Source: Armatimonadota bacterium
Lineage (GTDB): Bacteria; Armatimonadota; Zipacnadia; Zipacnadales; VGFC01
Direction of reading: 5' to 3'
NCBI GenBank assembly: GCA_016869045.1
Contig: VGFC01000003.1
Coordinates: 2,170 to 66,169 of the forward strand
Length of the DNA stretch: 64,000 nt
The translations under genes were made by a program, and so were the position numbers. Position 1 is the stretch's first letter. Each line of letters begins with the position of its first letter. Shown piece by piece: positions 44,956-53,678 of this stretch. The notes beneath the pieces were generated by a model. The model made no database searches. It was not told the DNA's origin and saw nothing but the letters and a program-made list of their open reading frames with translations.

Positions 44956-46066
44956 TCACTCACCCTCTCGTCCGGCGCTCGACTGCAGGTACGCCCGGAT
45001 GAACTCGTCGATGTCGCCGTTGAGAACCCCCAGTGCGTCTCCGACCTCGACACTCGTGCGATGGTCCTTGACCATCATGTACGGCTGCAGCACGTACGAG
45101 CGAATCTGGTTGCCCCACTCGATGTTGCCCTGATCGCCGCGCAGGGCGTTGATCTCGTCCTTCCGTCTCTGGCGCTCAAGCTCGTAGAGCTTCGCCCGCA
45201 GGATGTTCAGCGCCGTGCGCCGGTTCGAATGCTGGCTGCGCTCGTTCTGGCACGAGACGATGATCCCCGTCGGCAGGTGCGTGATGCGCACCGCCGAGTC
45301 CGTCTTGTTCACGTGCTGCCCGCCTGCGCCGCTGGAGCGGAACGTCTCGACGCGCAGGTCGTCGGGCTTGATGTCCACCTCGATGCTCTCGTCGATCTCC
45401 GGCACCACGTCCACCGCCGCGAAGCTCGTATGCCGGCGCTTGTTGGCGTCAAACGGCGAGATGCGAACGAGGCGATGGACGCCGACCTCCGCCTTCAGGT
45501 AGCCGTACGCATGGGTCCCGATGACCTGGGCGGTCACGTTGCGGAACCCCGCGCTCTCTCCGGGCACCGAGTCCACCACCTGGAACTTCAGTCGATGCCG
45601 CTCCGCCCACATCGAGTACATCCGCAACAGCATCTCCGCCCAGTCGCACGCCTCCGTCCCACCGGCGCCCGCGTTGACCGACAGGATCGCGTTGCTCCGG
45701 TCGTGCTCGCCCCCGAGCACCGTGGCCAGCTCCAGTTCTCCCAGCGTCGAGCGGGCGGCCTGAAGCCCCTCCTGAACCTCCGGCTCGACCGAGTCGTCCC
45801 CCTCCTCCATTCCCAACTCTACGAGCGTACGCAGGTCCTCGACATCCTGCTGCAGCCTGTCCCACGGCTCGATGAAGACCCGAAGCTGGCTGATCTTCTG
45901 CATGTGCTTCTGGGCCGCCTCGGGGTCGTCCCAGAAGCCCTCGTTCTCGATCGTCTTCTCATGGTCGGCCAGCTGCTGCGCCTTGCCGGCGACGTCAAAG
46001 ACGATCCCTCACCTTCGTGATGGTCTGGTGGAACTCGTCCACCTCGCGCTTCAGGTCAAGCAACAT
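44956..46066 (-). CDS. prfB: Peptide chain release factor 2 with programmed +1 ribosomal frameshift
   Basis: Frame 0: MLLDLKREVDEFHQTITKVRDRL then in-frame TGA within CTT TGA C; +1 frame continues DVAGKAQQLADHEKTIENEGFWDD...SGAGGQHVNKT (GGQ motif). Total ~369 aa. Confidence 0.85.
45988..46003 (-). promoter_or_regulatory. prfB autoregulatory +1 frameshift site (AGGGAUCGU CUU UGA C)
   Basis: In-frame UGA at 45997..45995 (minus strand) preceded by CUU and an SD-like AGGGAU, the canonical RF2 recoding cassette. Confidence 0.8.
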
Positions 46067-46239
46067 CACAGTCTCCCCCCTCTATGGGTACGGCGATTCT
46101 CTACATGATATAGACCCTCTCGGGGATCGCAGAGTTCTCCTGCGAAGCCGAGATTCCGGTCACAAGACGCGAACAAGGCGCTCCGCACCGTCGCGAGGAC
46201 GCGGGGAGCGCCTTGGGCAGTCCAGGATGCTGACGGTCG

Positions 46240-46710
46240 CTAGCCTTCTGCGGCCGCAACCGCCCCGGCCGCGCCCTGAGCGGCCGGCTTGGGGCTGGGG
46301 TAGCGGCAACCGGGCCACACTCTCTTCAGGCCGTCCCTCAGGCTCGCGGCCCACTTCGCGGCCAGTTGCTGGGTGCAGATTCCGCCCCCCGCCGCCTCGG
46401 CGTCCCGCGGGTAGACGGTGATCAGCTTGATTCCGTTCACGAAGACCGTCGGCTTCCCGTTAATGGGGGACACGGTCACCGGCCCCGGCTGGCCCGCCGC
46501 GAAGATGTCGATCAGCCGCCCGTTCACCAGCTTCTGCCGCTCCTCCACCGTGTAGCCCGCCGCCGGCGTGAGGATGTCGAAGAACTTGGTGTTGCCGATC
46601 GCGATGTCCATCTGGGTCGGCGGAACGTACTTCGGCGTCTGCGCGACACACACCCCTGCCGCCAGAGACAGAGCGACGACGATCAGTAGCAGATGCTTCG
46701 TGGCTGGCAT
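46240..46710 (-). CDS. Hypothetical secreted protein (156 aa)
   Basis: Signal peptide MPATKHLLLIVVALSLAAGVCVAQ; no recognisable domain. Confidence 0.4.
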   Translation of the reverse strand: MPATKHLLLIVVALSLAAGVCVAQTPKYVPPTQMDIAIGNTKFFDILTPAAGYTVEERQKLVNGRLIDIFAAGQPGPVTVSPINGKPTVFVNGIKLITVYPRDAEAAGGGICTQQLAAKWAASLRDGLKRVWPGCRYPSPKPAAQGAAGAVAAAEG

Positions 46711-46809
46711 GCGAGCACACTCCTCGGTTTGAGACTCGGGGCTCTAGGCTGTCTTGTCATCATACCCCTTCGACGCCGGCGCGCAACCACCTGCTTCGGG
46801 CCGCGGCTC

Positions 46810-47565
46810 TCAACGCACGCCGCCGAAGCGGCGCTCGCGGTTCCGGTACCAGTCCAGGGCCTCGTGCAGGTGCGACTTCCGGAAGTCCGGCCACAAGACC
46901 GGGCAGACGTAGATCTCGGCGTAAGCGATCTGCCAGAGCAGGAAGTTGCTCACCCGCATCTCGCCGCCGGGGCGGATGAGCAGATCGACATCCGGCATCC
47001 ACGGTTGGTAGAGGCTCTCCGCGATCGAGGCTTCCGATACGTCGTCGGGCGACAGCCGACCTTGAGCGACCTGCTCCGCGATGCGACGGCAGGCATCGGC
47101 GAGTTCGCCGCGGCCGCTGTAGTTCACCGCCATGTTCAGGACGAGCCCGGTGTTGTCGGCGGTCGCCGCCCGGCCCTCGGCGATGGTCTGCTGAAGCTCC
47201 TCCGGCAGCTCACTGAGCCGTCCGGAGGCGACGAAACGCACGTTGTTCCGGTCGAGGTCCTCGATCTCTGCAGCCAAGGCAGTGCGGATCAGGAACATCA
47301 GGCCCGCCACCTCTTCCTGCGAGCGCGCCCAGTTCTCCGTGCTGAAGGTGTAGATCGTCAGGAATCCCAGGTTGAGATCGACACACTCCTCAACCAGCCG
47401 ACGCGTCGCCTTCCGCCCCTCGTAGTGCCCCTCAACGCGTGAGAGGCCGCGCTGCCGCGCCCACCGCCCGTTGCCGTCCATGACCACGGCGATGTGGCGG
47501 GGTATCGCGGACTGCTCGGGCGCGGGGGAATCGGCTTCGGGTGTCATGGTCTTCTCCGAGCACAC
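46810..47565 (-). CDS. uppS: Undecaprenyl diphosphate synthase (isoprenyl transferase)
   Basis: HIAVVMDGNGRWA, ...FSTENW..R...E, ...RLSELP... UPP synthase blocks. Confidence 0.85.
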   Translation of the reverse strand: MCSEKTMTPEADSPAPEQSAIPRHIAVVMDGNGRWARQRGLSRVEGHYEGRKATRRLVEECVDLNLGFLTIYTFSTENWARSQEEVAGLMFLIRTALAAEIEDLDRNNVRFVASGRLSELPEELQQTIAEGRAATADNTGLVLNMAVNYSGRGELADACRRIAEQVAQGRLSPDDVSEASIAESLYQPWMPDVDLLIRPGGEMRVSNFLLWQIAYAEIYVCPVLWPDFRKSHLHEALDWYRNRERRFGGVR

Positions 47566-47574
47566 GACCCGTCG

Positions 47575-48024
47575 TCAGCGATAGCGTAGTACCAGGAGTG
47601 GCGTCGCTCCGAGGCGCGCTGACAGCGCTTCGGCCAGCCTGTCCAGGTCAGCCTCGCACAGCGCGAGCAGGTGCCCACTGCACCCGCAATCTGACGCGCC
47701 GAGGCGCGGGACCGCACGCCGGCCCGTTCCCGTGGCAACCAGCGCCTCGGCCAGCAGGCACTCCCGGCCCTCGCGCCAGGGCCAGGCAATGGCGCCGACT
47801 GAATCGGCGCCGCGAGTCAGCGCATCGACATGCCAACGCAACGGCTTACGGCGGCGCGTGTGACGCGCCAGTCTCGCCGCGAGTCCCCGACGCGCACTCC
47901 CGACGTACCCGTAACGCCCCGCCGCCAGGCGAACCATCCCCAGTGCCCCAATGCGCCCGGCGTACTCACGGCAAAGGTCGAACACGAACAGATACACCCC
48001 GGAGGACTCCGGGGCGCCTGTCAC
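47575..48024 (-). CDS. DUF123-like (GIY-YIG nuclease superfamily) protein
   Basis: GVYLFVF...GRYGYVGSARRGLAARLARHTRRRKPLRWHVDAL matches the DUF123 signature (G.Y.YVGSA...L..R..RH....WHIDYL). GTG start overlapping TGA of the upstream small gene (GTGA). Confidence 0.4.
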   Translation of the reverse strand: MTGAPESSGVYLFVFDLCREYAGRIGALGMVRLAAGRYGYVGSARRGLAARLARHTRRRKPLRWHVDALTRGADSVGAIAWPWREGRECLLAEALVATGTGRRAVPRLGASDCGCSGHLLALCEADLDRLAEALSARLGATPLLVLRYR

Positions 48025-48236
48025 GACTGCTCACCGTCGATGCGCGATGGGACGGGGAACGCGACGGTCAGCTCGATCCCGTCGGGCCGTTGACGCTCGC
48101 GGATCACCCGCGGCACCCCTTCCCCCCGGCCGGCGCCCGGCGGTCCCGTCACCAAGACGCCCGCCAGAACCTCTCCCGCCGCGTCGATCCGCGCCATCGC
48201 CTCCGGCAGCGCCAGCGCGACCACGCTCTCGGTCAC
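48021..48236 (-). CDS. Hypothetical 71-aa protein translationally coupled between frr and the DUF123 gene
   Basis: ORF in supplied track; no recognisable motif; 1-nt gap from frr stop and 4-nt overlap with downstream gene. Confidence 0.3.
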   Translation of the reverse strand: MTESVVALALPEAMARIDAAGEVLAGVLVTGPPGAGRGEGVPRVIRERQRPDGIELTVAFPVPSRIDGEQS

Positions 48237-48237
48237 G

Positions 48238-48792
48238 CTAGACCTCCATGATCTCCTTGCGCTTGGCCTCGATGAGATGGTCGATCTTCTCGATCATCTC
48301 GGTAGTGATCTTCTGAACTTCCTTGTCGCCGGCGTGCACCTCGTCCTCGGACAGGCCGTCGCGCTTCTCCATCGCCTTGATGCCCTCGATGGCCTCCCGG
48401 CGCAGGTTGCGCATGCCCACCTTCGAGTCCTCGCCGATTCGCTCCGTGCGCTTCGCCAGGTCGGCCCGCCCCTCTTGCGTAGGCGCGGGGATCTCGATGC
48501 GGATCACGTTGCCGTCGTCCTGAGGGTTGAGGCCCAGGTCGGACGTCATGATCGCCTTCTTGATCGGCGCAATCGCCGCCTTGTCCCACGGCGTGATCGT
48601 CAGGTAGCGCGGCTCGGGCACCGCGATGGCGGCCACCTGGTTGATCGGCATCTTGTTGTCGTAGTACACGACCGTGATGCCGTCCAGCAGGGCCGGCGTG
48701 GCTCTTCCCGCGCGGATGCGAGCGAGTTCGGCCTCGGTGTGCTTGACGCGCTCAAGCATCTTGGCCTTCATCTTGGCGATCAGTCGGTCCAT
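48238..48792 (-). CDS. frr: Ribosome recycling factor
   Basis: 184 aa; characteristic RRF sequence throughout (e.g. ...VYYD...INQVA...RYLTITPWDK...IRIEIP..TQEGRADLAK...). Confidence 0.9.
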   Translation of the reverse strand: MDRLIAKMKAKMLERVKHTEAELARIRAGRATPALLDGITVVYYDNKMPINQVAAIAVPEPRYLTITPWDKAAIAPIKKAIMTSDLGLNPQDDGNVIRIEIPAPTQEGRADLAKRTERIGEDSKVGMRNLRREAIEGIKAMEKRDGLSEDEVHAGDKEVQKITTEMIEKIDHLIEAKRKEIMEV

Positions 48793-48816
48793 GGCAGGCC
48801 TCCTTGGCTGCGCGCG

Positions 48817-49569
48817 CTATTCGGGCGCCCCACCGTGATCGACCAAGGTCCCGATCGGTTCGCCCATCGCAGCGCGTACGATGTTCCCCGGGATCGTGAT
48901 GTTGAACACGATGATCGGCAGGTCGTTGTCCATCGCCAGCGCGATGGCCGCCGAGTCCATCACGCCGAGCCCCTCGTTCAGCACCTGCTTGTAGCTGACA
49001 TGCCTGAGGAGCTTCGCGTTCGGATTGGCCTGGGGATCCGAGTCATACACACCGTCCACGTTCGTGGCCTTCATGATGACCCGGGCGCCAATCTCAACGG
49101 CGCGCAGTACGGCCGCGGTGTCCGTGGTGAAGAACGGGTTGCCGCTGCCCGCCGCGAAAATGACGATCCGCTGCTTCTCCAGGTGGCGGATCGCGCGGCG
49201 CCGGATGAACGGCTCGGCCACCTCGCGCATCTCAATCGCCGTCTGCACCCGCGTGTCGGCCCCCTCACTCTCCAGCGCCTCCTGCAGGACCAGTGAGTTG
49301 ATCACGGTGGCGACCATGCCGACGTAGTCGGCGGTGGCGCGGTCCATGCCCTGCTGGGCGGCGGTCTTCCCGCGCCAGAAGTTGCCCGCTCCCACGACCG
49401 TCGCCACTTCCGCCCCCGCGTCGGCCACGGCCCGCACTTCGTCGGCGATCCGCCGGACCTCCGTCCAGGAGATCCCAAAGTCGCGATCCCCTGCAAACGA
49501 GCCTCCGCTCAACTTCAGCAGAATGCGCGGGTACTTCAGCCCTGTTGGGGCGGCCTCGGTCTGGCTCAC
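48817..49569 (-). CDS. pyrH: UMP kinase
   Basis: RILLKLSGG..., [23 protein letters not shown] blocks; probable GTG start at 49569 overlapping the tsf stop (GTGA). Confidence 0.85.
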   Translation of the reverse strand: MSQTEAAPTGLKYPRILLKLSGGSFAGDRDFGISWTEVRRIADEVRAVADAGAEVATVVGAGNFWRGKTAAQQGMDRATADYVGMVATVINSLVLQEALESEGADTRVQTAIEMREVAEPFIRRRAIRHLEKQRIVIFAAGSGNPFFTTDTAAVLRAVEIGARVIMKATNVDGVYDSDPQANPNAKLLRHVSYKQVLNEGLGVMDSAAIALAMDNDLPIIVFNITIPGNIVRAAMGEPIGTLVDHGGAPE

Positions 49570-50171
49570 TCGGGCAGCTCCTCGCCCAGCGCGTAGCGTA
49601 CGAACCGTCGCACGACGACCTTCTCGCCGCACTGGCTGATCAGGTCATCCACGATGTCCTTGACCTTCTTGCTCTCGTCGCGGATGTACTCCTGCTCCAG
49701 CAGGCAGAACTCCTCGTAGAACTTCCGCATCCGGCCCTCGACCATCTTCTCCGCGATGTTCTGGGGCTTGCCCTCGGTCTTGGCCTGCTCAATGAGGACA
49801 TTGCGCTCGCGTTGCAGGTCCGCTTCCGAGACCTCTTCCTTGCTCACCCACTTCGGCTTCGCCGCCGCCACCTGCATCGCCAGCTCCTTCGCCGTCTCGC
49901 GGAACGAGTCGGTGCGCGCCACGAAATCCGTCTCGCAGTTCAGTTCCAGCATGACGCCGATCCGCCCGTCGCCGTGGATATACGCGACCACGGCCCCCTC
50001 GCTGGCGGCCCGATCCGCGCGCTTGGCGGCAACGGCGATACCCTTCTTGCGCAGGATGTCCTTGGCTTCCTCGAAGTCGCCGTTGGCTTCCTGCAGCGCC
50101 TGCTTGCAGTCCATGAAGCCGCAGCCGGTCTGCTCGCGCAGCTTCTTGACATCCGCCGGACCAATGGCCAT
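49566..50171 (-). CDS. tsf: Elongation factor Ts
   Basis: [44 protein letters not shown]: canonical EF-Ts N-terminal UBA-like domain; ~200-aa short form. Confidence 0.9.
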   Translation of the reverse strand: MAIGPADVKKLREQTGCGFMDCKQALQEANGDFEEAKDILRKKGIAVAAKRADRAASEGAVVAYIHGDGRIGVMLELNCETDFVARTDSFRETAKELAMQVAAAKPKWVSKEEVSEADLQRERNVLIEQAKTEGKPQNIAEKMVEGRMRKFYEEFCLLEQEYIRDESKKVKDIVDDLISQCGEKVVVRRFVRYALGEELPE

Positions 50172-50209
50172 CGTCCTACTCCTTCACGGTAAGTAACCGG
50201 CGCGCCGGT

Positions 50210-51016
50210 TCACTCTTCCTCTTCCTCTTCCAGGTCCTCGAACTCGTCGTCGTAGATGTCCAGTCTCCCCGTGTCGGCGGCGACCATGCCCTCCGTCTCC
50301 GCCTCCAGCCGCGCCTCCACCAGCTTCTGCTGGTACATTCCCCGGCCTTCCTGAGCGGCATCGGCGATCTTGTTCGTGATCAGCCGGATTGCCCGGATGG
50401 CGTCATCGTTGCCGGGGATCGGGAAGGTCACCTCATCCGGGTCGCAGTTCGTGTCCAGGATCGCGACGGTCGGGATCCCGAGCTTGGTGCATTCCTTGAC
50501 GCAGATGTGCTCCTTCTTCAGATCGACGATGTAGGCGATCGCCGGCGTCCGGACGAGACCCTTGATCCCGCCGAAGTACAGCTCGAGCTTGTCACGCTCC
50601 TCCCGGAACCGCGCCGCTTCCTTCTTCGTGAACCGCGCCAGCACGCCCATCTCTTCCATCTGGTAGAGGTCATGCAGGCGACGGACGCGGCTGCGCATCG
50701 TCTCGTAGTTGGTGAGCATGCCGCCCAGCCAGCGCTGGTTGACGTAGAACTGCCCACAGCGGTCGGCGGCCTGCTGGATCGACTCCTGCGCCTGACGCTT
50801 CGTCCCGACGAACAGAACCGAGCCGCCGCCCGCCACGATGTCGCGGACGGCGTTGTACGCCTGCTCCAGCCGCCGCAGGCTCTGGTGCAAATCGACGATG
50901 TAGATCCCATCGCGCTCCCCATAGATGTACCGCTTCATCTTGGGGTTCCAGCGACGGGTCTGGTGCCCGAAATGGACACCCGCTTCCAGCAACTCCTTCA
51001 TCGACACCAACGCCAT
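50210..51016 (-). CDS. rpsB: 30S ribosomal protein S2
   Basis: Start moved to [27 protein letters not shown] (ATG 51016) with AGGAGG RBS 7 nt upstream; acidic C-terminal tail. Confidence 0.9.
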   Translation of the reverse strand: MALVSMKELLEAGVHFGHQTRRWNPKMKRYIYGERDGIYIVDLHQSLRRLEQAYNAVRDIVAGGGSVLFVGTKRQAQESIQQAADRCGQFYVNQRWLGGMLTNYETMRSRVRRLHDLYQMEEMGVLARFTKKEAARFREERDKLELYFGGIKGLVRTPAIAYIVDLKKEHICVKECTKLGIPTVAILDTNCDPDEVTFPIPGNDDAIRAIRLITNKIADAAQEGRGMYQQKLVEARLEAETEGMVAADTGRLDIYDDEFEDLEEEEEE

Positions 51017-51391
51017 GGTTCGGCCTCCTGGCCGCGCTGCCACCCTCCGGGCGACAGCGCATGTCCGTTCCCGCTTGGCTCGACGAGCCAGTCGAGTCAG
51101 CGCTCGCGAGGCGTGCGGCGGCCGCGCCGCCGAGCGGGACCGTACATTGGGATGGTGATGCGTGGACGCGCGCAAGACCCCGCCGGCCCGAAGCCGCAGC
51201 GGGCCGGGAGAGGGTCCCCGCCAAGCGCCCAACGCTCTCTGCTGCGCCTCAGCGCAGCGGGCCAGAACCTACCACATTACCACGAGGGCGTCAAGCCACG
51301 GAAGAGCCGTGGGTTACGTTGCCGCGATTGTGCAAGCCGTTGCCGTTGGGCGGGGTGGCAACGAGGGTGGCGTGCCCGTACTTCTGAGGGC

Positions 51392-52270
51392 CTACGCCAC
51401 GACCTTATTGAGCGGGATCTCGATGATGCCCTCGGCGCCGCGCCGCTTCAGTTCGGGGATGAGGTCGCGGAGCGTGTGCTGGTCCACGACCGTCTCGACG
51501 GCGTGCCAGATCTCGTCGGAGAGGTGCGAGATCGTCGGCTTCTTCAGCGCCGGCAGCGCATCGACGACGGCCAGCACGTCATCCTTGTGGACGTTCATCT
51601 TCAGCAAGACCTTCTGCCGCGCGGCGAGGGCGCCGGTCAGCAGCAGGGCGATGTTCTCCAGCTTCGAGCGCTTCCAGCGGTCGGCCCAGGCCGCCTGGTT
51701 CGCGATGAGGCGCGTGCTCGATTCCATCAGCGTATCGACGATTCGCAGGTTGTTCGCGCGGAGGGTGCTGCCGGTCTCGGTCCCCTCGATGATGGCGTCC
51801 ACCAGGTCCGGTATCTTCGCCTCGGTCGCGCCCCACGAGAACTCGACATGCGCGGTCACACCGTGCTTCTCCAGGTACTTCGCAGCGACGTTGACCAGCT
51901 CCGTGGCGATGCGCTTGCCCTGCAGGTCCTTTGCGCAGTGGATGTCGCTGTCCTCGTGGACCGCGAGGACCCAGCGGTACATCCCCAGGCCCTGCTTGGC
52001 GTAGACGAGATTCGCCACCTCGACAACATCGGCGCCGCGCTCCAGAATCCAGTCGAGCCCGGTGATCCCCGCATCGAGCACCCCGTCGGCGACATACGAC
52101 GGCATCTCCTGAGCGCGGAGCAACACCGCGGTGATCTCCGGATCATCGACGCTCGGGAAGTACGCCCGCGCGCCGACGCTGAACCGCCAACCCGCGTGCT
52201 CGAACAGCTCCAGCGTCGCCTGCTGCAGACTGCCCTTCGGAAGACCGATTCTCAGTTGCTGATCAGCCAA
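51392..52270 (-). CDS. hisG: ATP phosphoribosyltransferase, long (HisG-L) form
   Basis: 292 aa, N-terminal [16 protein letters not shown]..., C-terminal regulatory domain present. Confidence 0.85.
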   Translation of the reverse strand: MADQQLRIGLPKGSLQQATLELFEHAGWRFSVGARAYFPSVDDPEITAVLLRAQEMPSYVADGVLDAGITGLDWILERGADVVEVANLVYAKQGLGMYRWVLAVHEDSDIHCAKDLQGKRIATELVNVAAKYLEKHGVTAHVEFSWGATEAKIPDLVDAIIEGTETGSTLRANNLRIVDTLMESSTRLIANQAAWADRWKRSKLENIALLLTGALAARQKVLLKMNVHKDDVLAVVDALPALKKPTISHLSDEIWHAVETVVDQHTLRDLIPELKRRGAEGIIEIPLNKVVA

Positions 52271-52310
52271 CGTGATTCTCTCCCCAGGAGCGTGTGCGAA
52301 GAGCGTGGGC

Positions 52311-52555
52311 GGGCGCCATGAATGGCGCCCCTACGCGATCGGGCGCGATGAGGATTGTGTTGGGAAAGGGCCCCGTCAAAGGAAGAACCCTCTCCTACGC
52401 GCTCTACGTGGCTCGTAGGTCGGGATACCAATCCCGACAATGCGTTTATCAACACAATCTGAACCGCGCTCCTACATCACATAGAGCGGTGCATCGCCGT
52501 CATGTAGGGGCACGATTCATCGTGCCCCAGTGTAGGGGCGTGATTCATCACGCCC
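52311..52555. repeat. REP/BIME-like cluster B: same palindromic family as cluster A plus an enclosed long-range 10-bp inverted repeat (gattgtgttg ... caacacaatc) and inner hairpin gtcggga-taccaa-tcccgac
   Basis: Units 52311..52334 (gggcgccatgaatggcgcccctac), partial 52341..52352, 52502..52527 (tgtaggggcacgattcatcgtgcccc), 52530..52555 (tgtaggggcgtgattcatcacgcccc). IR arms 52353..52362 / 52450..52459. ORFs over this region (52294..52638; N-terminal part of 52477..53583) are spurious. Confidence 0.7.
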
Positions 52556-52586
52556 CATGCCGTGCTTCTCGTACGCCCCCAAGGCT

Positions 52587-52913
52587 TCACCATTCGACCT
52601 CGTTCCGGATCGGGCGCGTCTGGGACACCAGCCAGTAGAACGCGACCGCGAGTGGGAGCCCCACGAGCAGGCCAACCCACCATAGGTGCGTCACGTGCGC
52701 CACGATGTTGCCCGGCACATAGGCCAGCATCCCGCACCCAACGAACCGCATCGTCCAGGCGGGCGACGGCCGGTTGACGGGCGGGATGGGAAGCAGGCCC
52801 GTCGCCTGCCCAACGACCTCGGGCCGGAGGATCAGGTAGGCGGCAGCGGCGAACCACCCCGCCCAGAAGAGCAGCACCCAGGCCCATTGGGCTGCAGAAC
52901 CGTCTGCTTCCAT
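52587..52913 (-). CDS. Small membrane protein (3 TM), unknown function
   Basis: 108 aa, Trp-rich hydrophobic segments. Confidence 0.4.
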   Translation of the reverse strand: MEADGSAAQWAWVLLFWAGWFAAAAYLILRPEVVGQATGLLPIPPVNRPSPAWTMRFVGCGMLAYVPGNIVAHVTHLWWVGLLVGLPLAVAFYWLVSQTRPIRNEVEW

Positions 52914-52916
52914 GGC

Positions 52917-53585
52917 CTACGCGACCTCCGCCGGCTGCCGCGCCGCCCGTAGTCGTCTGACGCCCGCATAGATAAAGTAGCAGCCCAGCGCGAGGAGTGC
53001 AAGCCCGCAGATCGAGATGAGCGCCTGGTGGCCGGTCACGCCGAGGAGGTTGCGGCCTCGGCCGACGGCATACGCGACAAGCGCGTACCAGAGGAAGTCG
53101 GACGAGACGTGCCCCGTGTAGAACGTGGTCCAGGCGATCGGCGAGCGACTGCCGACCGTCGCGATCTGGCCGGCACCCACCGTCGCCCACCAGATCGCGA
53201 AGTAGGGGTTGGCGAGGCTCGCGCCTGCTCCCGATAGGGCCACGCCCAGCAGGCTTGGCGGCTCTGGTGAGCCGCCCCACGCCGCGGCGGCCACGGCGGC
53301 AGCCGACCGCAACATGTCGGCGCCCGCCAGGATCAGCGCCAGCCCGCCGACGAACCCGATGCCCGCGAGGACCTTCGGCTTCTGCACGAAGGCCCCGATC
53401 CCGAACATCAGCATCAGCACGACGGGTATCTCGACCGCCGCGTGCCCCAGGATCGCGACGATCCCCGCCAGCGTCCCATGTCTGGCCGCCGCGCCGATGA
53501 CGAGTGCAAGCACGGGGCCCGGCATCAGGGCCCCGCTCAGTCCCGTCACGAACGCCATGCCGAACAGGCCAACCAGCCGGCACAT
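52917..53585 (-). CDS. LysE/RhtB-family amino-acid exporter
   Basis: 222 aa, 6 TM, N-terminal ...FVTGLSGALMPGPVLALVIGAAARHG... typical of LysE-type translocators. Confidence 0.7.
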   Translation of the reverse strand: MCRLVGLFGMAFVTGLSGALMPGPVLALVIGAAARHGTLAGIVAILGHAAVEIPVVLMLMFGIGAFVQKPKVLAGIGFVGGLALILAGADMLRSAAAVAAAAWGGSPEPPSLLGVALSGAGASLANPYFAIWWATVGAGQIATVGSRSPIAWTTFYTGHVSSDFLWYALVAYAVGRGRNLLGVTGHQALISICGLALLALGCYFIYAGVRRLRAARQPAEVA

Positions 53586-53600
53586 CGGTACGGCCCTCTT

Positions 53601-53666
53601 ACAGGATATGCAGGATGGGCAGGATGACTGCCTCCGCCGTCATCCTCCCCATCCTGCATATCCTGT
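53601..53666. terminator. Long near-perfect hairpin (28-bp stem, 1 mismatch, 10-nt loop) containing tripled CAGGATG motif; likely terminator for the aminotransferase gene
   Basis: acaggatatgcaggatgggcaggatgac-tgcctccgcc-gtcatcctccccatcctgcatatcctgt; sits 13 nt downstream of the 53679..54998 stop. Confidence 0.45.
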
Positions 53667-53678
53667 TACCTTACCGCC

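Noticed and set aside
52294-52638. ORF 52294..52638 (+) and the N-terminal ~330 nt of ORF 52477..53583 (-) overlapping REP cluster B
   Set aside because: Same repeat-derived artefact. The genuine minus-strand genes here are 52587..52913 and 52917..53585.
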